Source: Candidatus Tayloriibacteriota bacterium (GTDB lineage Bacteria; Patescibacteriota; Minisyncoccia; Phycocordibacterales; PALSA-1337). From it: a DNA stretch of 60,442 nucleotides. The stretch's first letter is position 1, and each line of letters opens with the position of its first letter. The notes beneath the pieces are model-generated. The model worked only from the letters and a program-made list of their open reading frames with translations, made no database searches and was not told the origin of the DNA. This document shows, piece by piece, positions 20,440-29,882 of the stretch. The stretch covers positions 1-60,442 of the forward strand of contig CAIOGI010000003.1 in the NCBI GenBank assembly GCA_903857825.1, written 5' to 3'. The translations under genes were made by a program, and so were the position numbers.

Positions 20440-21588
20440 CTATATCTTCTCTAGGTCAAGTGCTGAAGCTGTGTAAACATTCGAAGCATTCCAAAGCATC
20501 CAGCTATTTAAACCTACGTCATAAGTCGCCTTTATCTGTGCCCTCACCATATCTGAACTATAATTAGTACCACCTATACTAAAGTCTTGTAGCCATGGTC
20601 GAAGTTTGTAGGGACTGGTGCTAGCAATATTTGCTCGAACAACGGCTTTTGACATTGCATACAAAATGACTTCATATGGTTTCTCTGCTGGCTTCTTCCA
20701 ACCATTAAAATTTGTTGGATAATGAGATGGATATACCATAGGAGATACATAATCAAAATACTTTAATGCATCTTCGAGTACCTGCCCAATACCCAAATCA
20801 TCATAATTAGAAGTAGTCATGCCAAATAGGTCGGCAGAAATAGTAATATCTTTATTATGGAAATACCCACTAACAAATGAAAAAAACTCTCTGAGGGCAG
20901 TAGCCTTAACCTTTCCCTGACTAAATGGATAAGCGATATCTTCCATATTTCCATCCGATGGAAAACGAATATAATCAAAATTCAATTCATCAAAGCCAAC
21001 AGAATACGCCTCATCACCTATCATTGCTAGATAATCCCAAACTGGTTTTGCACCTACATCGAGCCATGCTACACCTTTATAATCTTTCCAAACAGCACCC
21101 GCTTTGTTTTTTACCGCATATTCTGGATGTGTCTTAACTAAGGATGAATCTTGAAAAGAGGAAATTCTCCCTATAACATATATTCCCTTTTCATGTAGTC
21201 TACCAATAAATTCTTTTACATCTGGAATCCTGTTCTCTGAAGAACCAAACTTTTCTAGCTTAGGATTAGAAACCAAAAAACCTATTTTACCCGTATAGTC
21301 TTTTATATCAATAACAACAGAATTTAATTCTGTTTTATCAATCAGATTAACAAGATTGGTCCTGAGTTTCTCATTACCAGCAACCCAATTTGACATATAT
21401 ATAGCCTTTACTGAATCTGGCGTTTTGACGTGTGTTACAACAAAAGGCGTAGGAACAACAACTACAGATGCAGGTTCACCAGCTACAAAAGTACTTTGAT
21501 ATTTAAATGGAAAGATGAAACCAAAGGAAATGCCCAGTATTACTAAACTTGCTATTACTATACTAGGAGCATTCTTTTTCATTATCAA
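20440..21588 (-). CDS. Putative glycoside hydrolase (DUF4015-like TIM barrel), membrane-anchored
   Basis: VIDIKDYTG, GFDELNFDYIRFP, SPMVYPSHY and RPWLQDF motifs. Confidence 0.8.
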   Translation of the reverse strand: MIMKKNAPSIVIASLVILGISFGFIFPFKYQSTFVAGEPASVVVVPTPFVVTHVKTPDSVKAIYMSNWVAGNEKLRTNLVNLIDKTELNSVVIDIKDYTGKIGFLVSNPKLEKFGSSENRIPDVKEFIGRLHEKGIYVIGRISSFQDSSLVKTHPEYAVKNKAGAVWKDYKGVAWLDVGAKPVWDYLAMIGDEAYSVGFDELNFDYIRFPSDGNMEDIAYPFSQGKVKATALREFFSFVSGYFHNKDITISADLFGMTTSNYDDLGIGQVLEDALKYFDYVSPMVYPSHYPTNFNGWKKPAEKPYEVILYAMSKAVVRANIASTSPYKLRPWLQDFSIGGTNYSSDMVRAQIKATYDVGLNSWMLWNASNVYTASALDLEKI

Positions 21589-21794
21589 ACTATTTCTTTA
21601 TGATTACTCTCAACAAATGATGAATCCTTTCCAACCTCATCAGCCTTAATCTCTTGTGGGATATTATAAGCAATGGCAATAATTATTAATCCGGAAACAA
21701 TTAATATTATCTTGTGCCAAGAAGAAGGAAATCCTAGAAAAAGAAATACCATCACCCATGCACCAAAAACAGTTAGCCATTGTCTTTTTGACAT
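21585..21794 (-). CDS. Small two-TM membrane protein
   Basis: Two hydrophobic segments; overlaps the start of the downstream gene. Confidence 0.65.
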   Translation of the reverse strand: MSKRQWLTVFGAWVMVFLFLGFPSSWHKIILIVSGLIIIAIAYNIPQEIKADEVGKDSSFVESNHKEIV

Positions 21795-21879
21795 ATTATT
21801 GTTTATTAAATGTATTAATTTTTATGCTAGCAATTATACACCGAGATGATAGCATGTACCAGGAAAGGAGGTGAGGAAA

Positions 21880-22212
21880 ATGAACATAGCACCTTCTAGA
21901 TTACAAGCTTGCTTGAAAATTAAGTTTGACAATTCGACCCCCGCTGTTGTTTCTGATGGATTATATGGGATAGCAAGATTCTTTGGGCTCAGTGAAACCT
22001 GTGTCGACATCACATTCGTGTGGATAGTTCAGAATGGAAAAACATCACTCGGAGAAGCAATGTCTTTCAACAATTGCCTGGTTGAATCTGATGGAAACGA
22101 TGTTTTGATCATTAAGTCAGACGAGGCAAGACTGACACTCACAAATCTGTGTTCCAAAAAGATATTCCTGGAGATAAAGCGACGTCGATTTGAACAAACG
22201 AAACCCAAGTAG
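21880..22212 (+). CDS. Hypothetical protein
   Basis: AGGAGG Shine-Dalgarno before ATG 21880; CCCTCGC/GCGAGGG hairpin after the stop. Confidence 0.55.
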   Translation: MNIAPSRLQACLKIKFDNSTPAVVSDGLYGIARFFGLSETCVDITFVWIVQNGKTSLGEAMSFNNCLVESDGNDVLIIKSDEARLTLTNLCSKKIFLEIKRRRFEQTKPK

Positions 22213-22267
22213 CACCCCTCGCACGAACTTATGATCCGAGCGAGGGTTAACTTTTCCCAAAATCTAA

Positions 22268-22954
22268 CTAATTAGAAACAATCACCACAAACTCCCCCTT
22301 TTGCTTTTCTGGAGTATCAGTAAGCATTTTTAATATTTCTTCAGCGGAACCCTGCAGAACTTCCTCATATATTTTCGTAAGCTCGCGTGCGATAGTAGTT
22401 TTCTTATTCATCTTCTTTAATGATTCAAGTGTCTTCAAAATACGATGCGTACTTTCATAGAAGACCATAGTTCTTTCTGACTCGGCAATTTCTTTAAATA
22501 AAGTTTCTCTACCCTTCTTGTGTGGCATAAAACCTAGAAAAATAAATTCATGAGTTGGTACACCGGAAATAGAAAGTGCAGAAGTGAGAGCAGAAGCACC
22601 AGGGATAGAAACTATTTTCAATTCGCCTAATAATAGTTGATCTTTAAATTGCTCTCTGACCTTAGATACCAAAACTGAACCAGGATCAGAAATACCAGGA
22701 GTTCCAGCGTCTGTAACCAAGGCGATGTTTTTGCCCTCAGAAATTTTCTCTAAAATAAGATCGACTTTCGCTTCACCACTTTGTGCATGATAGCTCATAG
22801 AAGCTGTAGAAATAGAGTGCTTTTTAAATAATCTCTTAGTCACTCTAGTATCCTCGCACAGCACAAGATCAACCTCTTTTAGTATGCGAAGAGCCCTCAA
22901 GGTAATATCCTCTAGATTTCCAATAGGTGTCGCAACAATATAAAAAGTAGACAT
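22268..22954 (-). CDS. rsmI: 16S rRNA (cytidine1402-2'-O)-methyltransferase
   Basis: VATPIGNLEDIT, CEDTRVT, DAGTPGISDPG and RELTKIYEE motifs; start at MSTFY. Confidence 0.95.
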   Translation of the reverse strand: MSTFYIVATPIGNLEDITLRALRILKEVDLVLCEDTRVTKRLFKKHSISTASMSYHAQSGEAKVDLILEKISEGKNIALVTDAGTPGISDPGSVLVSKVREQFKDQLLLGELKIVSIPGASALTSALSISGVPTHEFIFLGFMPHKKGRETLFKEIAESERTMVFYESTHRILKTLESLKKMNKKTTIARELTKIYEEVLQGSAEEILKMLTDTPEKQKGEFVVIVSN

Positions 22955-22981
22955 AAAGATATAATATACTACACTAGATAT

Positions 22982-24169
22982 ATGACAAGTATCATATACA
23001 TTGCTAGAGACATTGAAAGAGCCCTCGGCCAAGTGCCTGAAGGTGATTATTATATTGTTACAAACAAGACACCTTATGCGGAAGAAATAAAAATTGCCCA
23101 TCCTCACAATATTTTTCTTATAGACTCAAAAGAGATACTTGATACTTATGAGTTATTAACCAATGCGGAGGTGCAGGAGATAATCGCCAGGCTAAATGGT
23201 GGCCTTTTAGTTTTCAAAAATAATATTCATATTGAACAACTTTGCAAAGAGAAGAATTGGAAATTATTAAATCCTAGCGCGAAACTTTCTGACAAAGTAG
23301 AAAACAAGATATCTCAGATTGAATGGCTAGGTGAACTCGCTTCCCTTTTGCCTCCACACAAAATATTGGAGGTTAAGGACATTTTCTGGGATAAGAAACC
23401 TTTCGTACTTCAATGGTCACATGGTCACACAGGCGAAGGAACCGTTCTTGTGAAAGATGAGAATGAATTAAATGAATTAAAGAAAAAGTTTCCATATCGA
23501 GAAGCTAGAGTTACTGACTATATAAATGGACCGATGTTAACTGTGAACATTGTCGTAACAAAAACTGTAATCCTTTTGGGCAATATCAGTTATCAAATCA
23601 CCGGCATGCTCCCATTCACCACAAATCCTTTCAGCACTATTGGTAATGATTGGAGTTTACCACATACCATTCTAACCGAAGCACAAATAAAAGATTTTGA
23701 AGCTATAGCAGAAAAAGTTGCACAAAAAATGCAAAAGGATGGATGGTTAGGACTTTTTGGTATAGATGTTATTTATGATTCAGAGAGAGACAGTCTTCAT
23801 CTCATCGAAATCAATGCACGACAGCCGGCATCCACAACCTTCGAATCAGAACTTCAGAACATCATCCGTTCTCATAGTGTTGGTGGAATAACAACATTTG
23901 AAGCACACTTACTTTCACTTACTGACGGTAAGGTTCCCGCTTCACTTATCCCCATTAATGACGGCGCGCAGATAATACAAAGAGTTACGGGAAAAGAAAT
24001 AGACGCAGATGTGAAAGGTTTAATAGAAAATGGTAATAAAGTAATTATTTACAACAATATAACACCAAATGCAGACCTATTACGTATTCAGACAACGAGA
24101 GGCATAATGAAAACGCATAATAAATTTAATGAGAGGGGGAAGAAAATTTTGGAGGGGTTACTCGTATAG
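22982..24169 (+). CDS. ATP-grasp domain protein
   Basis: ENKISQ, GHTGEGT, GLFGIDVI and LIEINAR motifs. Confidence 0.75.
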   Translation: MTSIIYIARDIERALGQVPEGDYYIVTNKTPYAEEIKIAHPHNIFLIDSKEILDTYELLTNAEVQEIIARLNGGLLVFKNNIHIEQLCKEKNWKLLNPSAKLSDKVENKISQIEWLGELASLLPPHKILEVKDIFWDKKPFVLQWSHGHTGEGTVLVKDENELNELKKKFPYREARVTDYINGPMLTVNIVVTKTVILLGNISYQITGMLPFTTNPFSTIGNDWSLPHTILTEAQIKDFEAIAEKVAQKMQKDGWLGLFGIDVIYDSERDSLHLIEINARQPASTTFESELQNIIRSHSVGGITTFEAHLLSLTDGKVPASLIPINDGAQIIQRVTGKEIDADVKGLIENGNKVIIYNNITPNADLLRIQTTRGIMKTHNKFNERGKKILEGLLV

Positions 24170-24418
24170 TTCAGAATGCTTACCTAAATCAAAAAAATAA
24201 TAATTATCCCTTGATACTAACTTGTATATCGCTCTTATATCGCCTGTAATATTTATACTTCTACAGCCTTCAAATTCTCCGTGTAGCTTATGATTATTCA
24301 ATATGACATCAAATTCGTTTGCTTCAAAAATACGAATTCTCATATCAAATTTCTCCTGAATCTTCTTAGATAATTTTTTATAACTTTTATTAATATCTGA
24401 TGAAAAGGCAAGATTCAT
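24158..24418 (-). CDS. RelE/YafQ-family mRNA interferase toxin
   Basis: LNNHKLHG, RSINITGDIRAIY and GKHSELY motifs. Confidence 0.85.
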   Translation of the reverse strand: MNLAFSSDINKSYKKLSKKIQEKFDMRIRIFEANEFDVILNNHKLHGEFEGCRSINITGDIRAIYKLVSRDNYYFFDLGKHSELYE

Positions 24419-24439
24419 GTGAAATAAATATTAGATATA

Positions 24440-24712
24440 TTATGATTTCAGATTTTTAAGAAACAAATCTGAACCCTTATGAAAAACGACTTTACCTTCT
24501 GCAAGTTCTTTTTCTCCTCGTGCTATAACATCTCTTAAATGCGCAGATGGTTTATATGAAGCAGAAAAACTAACTTCTCGATCTCTCACAAACTGCTTCA
24601 AGAAAGCATTTATGACAGTGCTTAGAGGCACACCAATTTCTGATGCAACATCCTGTGCAAGGTTCTTTATTACTTTATCTGTTTTAATAGTTAAAAGTGT
24701 TTTTGTATTCAT
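24440..24712 (-). CDS. RelB/DinJ-family antitoxin
   Basis: RHH-like N-terminus (IKTDKVIK...IGVPLSTVINAFLKQFV); lies upstream of the toxin. Confidence 0.8.
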   Translation of the reverse strand: MNTKTLLTIKTDKVIKNLAQDVASEIGVPLSTVINAFLKQFVRDREVSFSASYKPSAHLRDVIARGEKELAEGKVVFHKGSDLFLKNLKS

Positions 24713-24725
24713 ATATTTATATTAT

Positions 24726-24749
24726 ATACCATAGTATATATAATGGTAT
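24726..24749. promoter_or_regulatory. Palindrome ATACCAT-N10-ATGGTAT, candidate toxin-antitoxin operator
   Basis: Inverted repeat overlapping the -10-like region just upstream of the antitoxin ATG. Confidence 0.5.
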
Positions 24750-24756
24750 GATTCTG

Positions 24757-25545
24757 TCAAATGCTAATATCAAACCACCTCAATCTCCTCACCTCCGTCA
24801 CTGACTTCTGTGCGCGAGAAAAAGTATAGTTCTGATCTCCTGTCTTTTCATTTTCTATCCATCTTTGTTCCACAATATTTTTGTTTAAATCTAAAATATC
24901 AATTCTCCCCTCATGTATTCCGTGTCCATACTCGCCATCTGTAGGCCAAGCAACGGCATGAGTATAATGTATTACGGTTGGTAAAAGATTTTGATACTCT
25001 ACTTGATCGATAACTAACATATGATCTCTTTCTCCATTATCAGGACCACCAACCATGGTTATCATGTCTCCAACCTGTACTTCTTTTACACTTATAGCTT
25101 TACTATTCACATCATGAGCAAAAGTCTGTACTCCAGCGTTTTCTATTGGTCGAAATTTACTTTTAATTTTTCCAAAAACACCCTTCGCATAAGGAAATGA
25201 AAAATATCGGTCAAGCGCGCCCCTCACCAAACTTAAGCTCTCTTCATTTAATACATAGTATGCATAACCAGAACAATCAATACCGAGACTATTATCCACA
25301 AGAAACTTTTTTAGAGAATTTGAATCAAGTGATTTTAGGTCAATCTTTTCCTTGAACGCTCTTTGTTCAACTTCTTCATAAATATCTTTTGGACTTCCTT
25401 TACCACTTTCGACTCTAAAAGATGCCCTGTTACCAGTATGCTTATTATTAAAATATGGCACTGAACATACCACATCACCAACTTTAAAATTTGTATATTG
25501 ATCGATTACATCGAGTGCTTTTTGAGAAATATGTTTAATATTCAT
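24757..25545 (-). CDS. NlpC/P60-like (papain-fold) protein
   Basis: GIDCSGY, VGDMI and DHMLVI give a Cys-His arrangement. Confidence 0.55.
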   Translation of the reverse strand: MNIKHISQKALDVIDQYTNFKVGDVVCSVPYFNNKHTGNRASFRVESGKGSPKDIYEEVEQRAFKEKIDLKSLDSNSLKKFLVDNSLGIDCSGYAYYVLNEESLSLVRGALDRYFSFPYAKGVFGKIKSKFRPIENAGVQTFAHDVNSKAISVKEVQVGDMITMVGGPDNGERDHMLVIDQVEYQNLLPTVIHYTHAVAWPTDGEYGHGIHEGRIDILDLNKNIVEQRWIENEKTGDQNYTFSRAQKSVTEVRRLRWFDISI

Positions 25546-25604
25546 AAGTAATAGATTATCACAAATAATTGGAAAAATCGCCCTTTTTATGATAATCTGA
25601 AACC

Positions 25605-26732
25605 ATGATAAGTATATTAGAAGGAACAGCAGACTTGGCTATAATACTTGGTTTTTCTCTATTATCTTGCGTAGTCGCTTTTATTTGGTCACCGATTCTA
25701 ATAAAAATACTATATTATTTTAGAATAATTAAAGGGGCAAAAAGAGAATTGGCGATGATCGATTCTCAAAAAAATAAAGATCAAACTCCAGTCATGGGAG
25801 GACTTTTGATCATAATAACTGTTGCATTGATTACTCTGGTTTTCAATTGGTCAAGAAGTTATACATGGGTTCCAATTAGTGTAATGCTTCTGTCTGCACT
25901 ACTTGGTGCTGTTGATGACTTACTAAACATTTTCGGATCTGAAAGGCGATCTAGAAAACTTACTCAAATCTTCGCATTAATAAGAGTGCATCGTGAATTT
26001 AAAATGAGGATGTGGTACATAATCACATTACCATGGTCGATGTTCAAGAGAACTTCAGTTTGGATTGGTTCTAGAACTAGCAGAGGAATACATGTTCATG
26101 AAAAGCTATTACTTCAATTCGTCGCTGGTTCCATAACTGCATGGTGGATATACGACAAGCTTGGTTCTGCATGGCATTATATTTATTTCCCATTTAGCAT
26201 CGATATTTATGTAGGCTGGATAATCATTCCAATAGTTATTCTTATAGTAATGTTTACTGCAAACGCTGTGAATATAGCTGACGGTATGGATGGACTTGCT
26301 GGAGGCATGCTCATCTCATCTTTTAGTGCTCTTATGCTTTTGAGTTGGATAAATGGTTTCGGCGAAATAGCAATACTGAACGCAACTGTCGTTGGTGCCC
26401 TAGCGACATATACGTATTTCAATATTAAACCAGCCAGATTTATGATGGGAGATGTAGGATCCTTGGGATTGGGTGCCTTGTTCGCGGTAAACACAATAGC
26501 CATTGGCGAGATCGGCTCAATATTTTTCCTAGGCTTCCTTTTCTACATTGAAGCAATAACAGTGTTGATACAGGTACTAGGAAGATATATTCTGAATAGA
26601 AAGATATTTAAAATGGCACCAATACACCATCATTTTGAATTAAAAGGATGGAGTGAAGAAAAGACGATTATGCGTTTTTGGATAATACATTTTGTTTTTG
26701 TAGTCTTTGGTGTGTGGTTGGCTTTGCATTAG
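25605..26732 (+). CDS. mraY: Phospho-N-acetylmuramoyl-pentapeptide transferase
   Basis: TPVMGG, GAVDD, NAVNIADGMDGL, MGDVGS and MAPIHHHFE motifs. Confidence 0.9.
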   Translation: MISILEGTADLAIILGFSLLSCVVAFIWSPILIKILYYFRIIKGAKRELAMIDSQKNKDQTPVMGGLLIIITVALITLVFNWSRSYTWVPISVMLLSALLGAVDDLLNIFGSERRSRKLTQIFALIRVHREFKMRMWYIITLPWSMFKRTSVWIGSRTSRGIHVHEKLLLQFVAGSITAWWIYDKLGSAWHYIYFPFSIDIYVGWIIIPIVILIVMFTANAVNIADGMDGLAGGMLISSFSALMLLSWINGFGEIAILNATVVGALATYTYFNIKPARFMMGDVGSLGLGALFAVNTIAIGEIGSIFFLGFLFYIEAITVLIQVLGRYILNRKIFKMAPIHHHFELKGWSEEKTIMRFWIIHFVFVVFGVWLALH

Positions 26733-26872
26733 TAAAATTGAGACTCGACGCGGTGAGGAGGTCCTACTTTTTTTGAACTTGTGAAAAAAAGAGGAGCCTC
26801 CGAGCACCACAGGGGTACTAGTAGTTTGCTAAAGCAAACTATGTCGCGCAAGCAAGCGAGTCCAATTTTACT
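26731..26872 (+). repeat. Nested palindromic element, copy with inverted inner cassette
   Basis: AGTAAAATTGAGACTC...GAGTCCAATTTTACT arms; cassette 26804-26849 is reversed relative to copy 1. Confidence 0.9.
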
Positions 26873-26884
26873 TAAAACAAACAA

Positions 26885-27514
26885 ATGAAATACTTAAATT
26901 GGAAAGAAGAAAAAATATCGGACTTTAGAGCAGAAAACATTTCTAAAATGTATAATGCAGGTTTTGTCTTTACTCGTATAGACAAAGGAGTTATTCAGCA
27001 AACTAGAAGTGTTCGCATAAATTTAAGTAAATTTGAATTATCAAGTGAGAACAGGAGAATACTAAGGAAAGGAGTAGAAGTTTCTATGAAGGAAAGCGTG
27101 ATACCCTTTTCAGAATATTCTTGGCAAATAGGAAAAATGGCCAAAGACTTTTATGAGAAAAAAGCAGACGGAGCCTTTACTGCAAATAAAATAAAAGAAC
27201 TCATTACAACTGAGCAGAATTTTAATTTTCTATTATCATTCTCAGACACAGGTTATGCTATTTGTTATAAAAATCCGGCAATGATTCATTATTGTTATCC
27301 TTTTTATGATTTAGCAACAGCAGTAAAGGATATGGGGCTCATAATGATGACAAAGACTATAGAGTCTGCTAAAAATTCAGGTCTAAAATATGTTTATCTT
27401 GGTTCCCTACAACGTCCAGGGGATGTATATAAATTACAGTTTTCTGGCATAGAGTGGTTTGATGGAAAAAAGTGGTCGGAGGATTTGGAGGAGGTGAAAA
27501 GGGTTTTGAAGTAA
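26885..27514 (+). CDS. Aminoacyl-tRNA-protein transferase-like (Ate/Bpt-type GNAT) protein
   Basis: SVRINLSKFELSSENRRIL, YPFYD, KYVYLG and YKLQF resemble arginyl-tRNA-protein transferase motifs. Confidence 0.65.
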   Translation: MKYLNWKEEKISDFRAENISKMYNAGFVFTRIDKGVIQQTRSVRINLSKFELSSENRRILRKGVEVSMKESVIPFSEYSWQIGKMAKDFYEKKADGAFTANKIKELITTEQNFNFLLSFSDTGYAICYKNPAMIHYCYPFYDLATAVKDMGLIMMTKTIESAKNSGLKYVYLGSLQRPGDVYKLQFSGIEWFDGKKWSEDLEEVKRVLK

Positions 27515-27744
27515 TTAGTTACTTCATTTCTAACAATTTACTAGCTTCAGAAAATTGATCTTGCTATAATAAAAAAGGCTAATACCCGTCATTTTCCCGA
27601 TATCAGGAAAATGATACTGTAGTTAATTTTATTAATAGTAGTTCTTAATATTTATGCATTGTATTATTTTAAAAAATAAATACTAGTTCATGTAATCAAA
27701 TTTTTGTGTTATAAAAATAATTTGTATAAAAAAAGCGACCCATC

Positions 27745-28203
27745 TTATAGATAGGTGCTGAGCCATGGGAACTTCTTCTTTAGCAATAGGACGACCAACA
27801 AAGTGTAGAGCATTCCTATTACCAATGAGACCAAAAAGATTGTTACTGGTTTCCAGTTTAATCTTTTTGATGAATCGAAATATGCAGTAAGCACCACTGG
27901 ACTGAGTTGTGTTGACATGAAGATCAAAACAAAGAATCTATTAAACCTTGAAAGTAGCCGTGTCAATAAAATGAATAGTGCCTCATCTTTCAAAACTCTC
28001 TGCTCATTGAAATATGCCCTTAGAAGGAAATACCCAATGAGAGAAGTCGCCACCAAAAGAAACAAGAACCCAGCCAACATGCCATACTTAAAACATATCA
28101 GGGGGAACAAAAACCAACGAACGAACTTGCTTTGCAATTGGTCAATCAAGAGGCCAATTGCAGTGAGGATAAACTTCCTAAACCACAAAACTCTTTTTCT
28201 CAT
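27745..28203 (-). CDS. Hypothetical membrane protein
   Basis: Hydrophobic 152-aa ORF with AAGGAG Shine-Dalgarno. Confidence 0.55.
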   Translation of the reverse strand: MRKRVLWFRKFILTAIGLLIDQLQSKFVRWFLFPLICFKYGMLAGFLFLLVATSLIGYFLLRAYFNEQRVLKDEALFILLTRLLSRFNRFFVLIFMSTQLSPVVLTAYFDSSKRLNWKPVTIFLVSLVIGMLYTLLVVLLLKKKFPWLSTYL

Positions 28204-28286
28204 CTTTGAACTCCTTCACAGATACTAACACAAAATTTCATACCTGTAAATAGAGCGAGAAATAAACAATATAGTACAATAAAACA

Positions 28287-29672
28287 ATGGATTCTTCACC
28301 AAAACACATTCACATCGTTGGTATATGCGGTGTAGCTACTAGCGCACTTGCTATTGCCTTTCACAATAAAGGCTGGAAAGTTACTGGTTCAGACAAAGGC
28401 TTCTTCCCTCCCGTTTCGACAGAACTAGAAAAACATGGGATATCTTTTTATGCAGGCTGGCATCCAGAAAAAATGATTGAGGGTGGAAAACTTGACATAG
28501 TAGTGATTACAACTTTTGCTGGAACAAAAAATCCAGAAATAAAATATGCTGAGGAAAATAACATTACTTTAAAACCTTACATGGAGGTATTCAGAGACTA
28601 CTTCATAAGACCAAAATCAATAGTCTGTGCGGGCACGTGGGGAAAGACCTCATCTTCAACTCTATTATCATATATCTTACAAGAAGCAGAGTTTGATCCC
28701 ACATACATGTTTGGCGGTATTTCTCTTTCCCATAATGCTTCGGCAAAACTGACAGATAGTGAGTACAGCGTATTTGAAGGAGATGAGTATAAAAGTTCAC
28801 CCACCGACAACACACCGAAGTTTGTATATTACAAACCTACGCATCTATTGTTGAGTGCAATATCTTGGGACCATGCGGATCTGTATCCAACAGAAGAAAG
28901 TTATTTTAATGTTTTCAGAAAACTAATATCAGGAATACCAAAAGATGGTTTCGTTGTGGCAAATAGAGATAATGAAAAGGTCAAAGAACTTGTACAAAAT
29001 GCTATATGGTATGGGAAAAGCGATGCGAAATATGTTTATAGTGATGTTAATCAAACAAAAGATGGTCTAGATTTCAAAATCAATGGAATTAAAATTCACT
29101 CGCCAATGATCGGGACATTTCAAGCAGAAAATATTACCGGGTGTTTCGCCATGGCATCAGAAATTGGAATACCAACTGAAAAAATCGTTAAAGCCATCTC
29201 CAACTTCAAAGGATTAAAAAGAAGACTTGAAAAAAGATTAGATAGCAAGGTAACAATATTCGATGACATAGCACATTCTCCAGAAAAAGCTGCTTCCGTT
29301 CTGAAAACCATTAGAGCAGTATATCAAGGAAAGATAATTACTATTTTCGAACCAAACAGTGGAGGTCGTCAAAGAGAGTCGTCAACAAAATACAACAACG
29401 CCTTCAAGGACTCCACCACAGTCATTATTCCCCGCCTTACGAAACTTAAGGTTGCTGACGATGGATCTGAAAAGCCTTTTGAAGGTGACGAACTTGCAGA
29501 GACCATAAAGAAAACTCAGCCAAATACTCTTTACATTGAAGACGATGATAAATTAGTAAAATATCTAATAGAAAACACAAGAGACGGCGATGTTATCGCC
29601 TTCCTTGGTTCACACGGATTTAGAGGTATGATAGAAGAGACGATTACTTCCCTTCGTCAACAATCTCAGTAG
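28287..29672 (+). CDS. Mur ligase, MurC/Mpl-like
   Basis: GICGVA, GSDK, GTWGKTSS, EGDEY, DHAD and DDIAHSP motifs. Confidence 0.85.
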   Translation: MDSSPKHIHIVGICGVATSALAIAFHNKGWKVTGSDKGFFPPVSTELEKHGISFYAGWHPEKMIEGGKLDIVVITTFAGTKNPEIKYAEENNITLKPYMEVFRDYFIRPKSIVCAGTWGKTSSSTLLSYILQEAEFDPTYMFGGISLSHNASAKLTDSEYSVFEGDEYKSSPTDNTPKFVYYKPTHLLLSAISWDHADLYPTEESYFNVFRKLISGIPKDGFVVANRDNEKVKELVQNAIWYGKSDAKYVYSDVNQTKDGLDFKINGIKIHSPMIGTFQAENITGCFAMASEIGIPTEKIVKAISNFKGLKRRLEKRLDSKVTIFDDIAHSPEKAASVLKTIRAVYQGKIITIFEPNSGGRQRESSTKYNNAFKDSTTVIIPRLTKLKVADDGSEKPFEGDELAETIKKTQPNTLYIEDDDKLVKYLIENTRDGDVIAFLGSHGFRGMIEETITSLRQQSQ

Positions 29673-29808
29673 TTAGATTTTCCCCATCTACTTTCTTGGC
29701 AAGTAATGTAATACCACAATGATTACACTCGATAACCATTCCCTCATTTACAACTGGAAAACGAGAAAGATCGATACCATTCTTACATTCTGGACATATT
29801 GATTTCAT
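29644..29808 (-). CDS. LysW-like zinc-ribbon small protein
   Basis: CPEC-x18-CNHCG, 54 aa, acidic C-terminus EIVDEGK. Confidence 0.65.
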   Translation of the reverse strand: MKSICPECKNGIDLSRFPVVNEGMVIECNHCGITLLAKKVDGENLTTEIVDEGK

Positions 29809-29882
29809 AACTTTTATTGATTGGAAATACATAATTAATAAAGTACCTTCTAATACTACCTAAAACGTTGTATTATATCAAT

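Noticed and set aside
22955..23107. N-terminal extension of RsmI in the ORF track
   Set aside because: Overlaps the divergent ATP-grasp gene; homology starts at MSTFY (22954)
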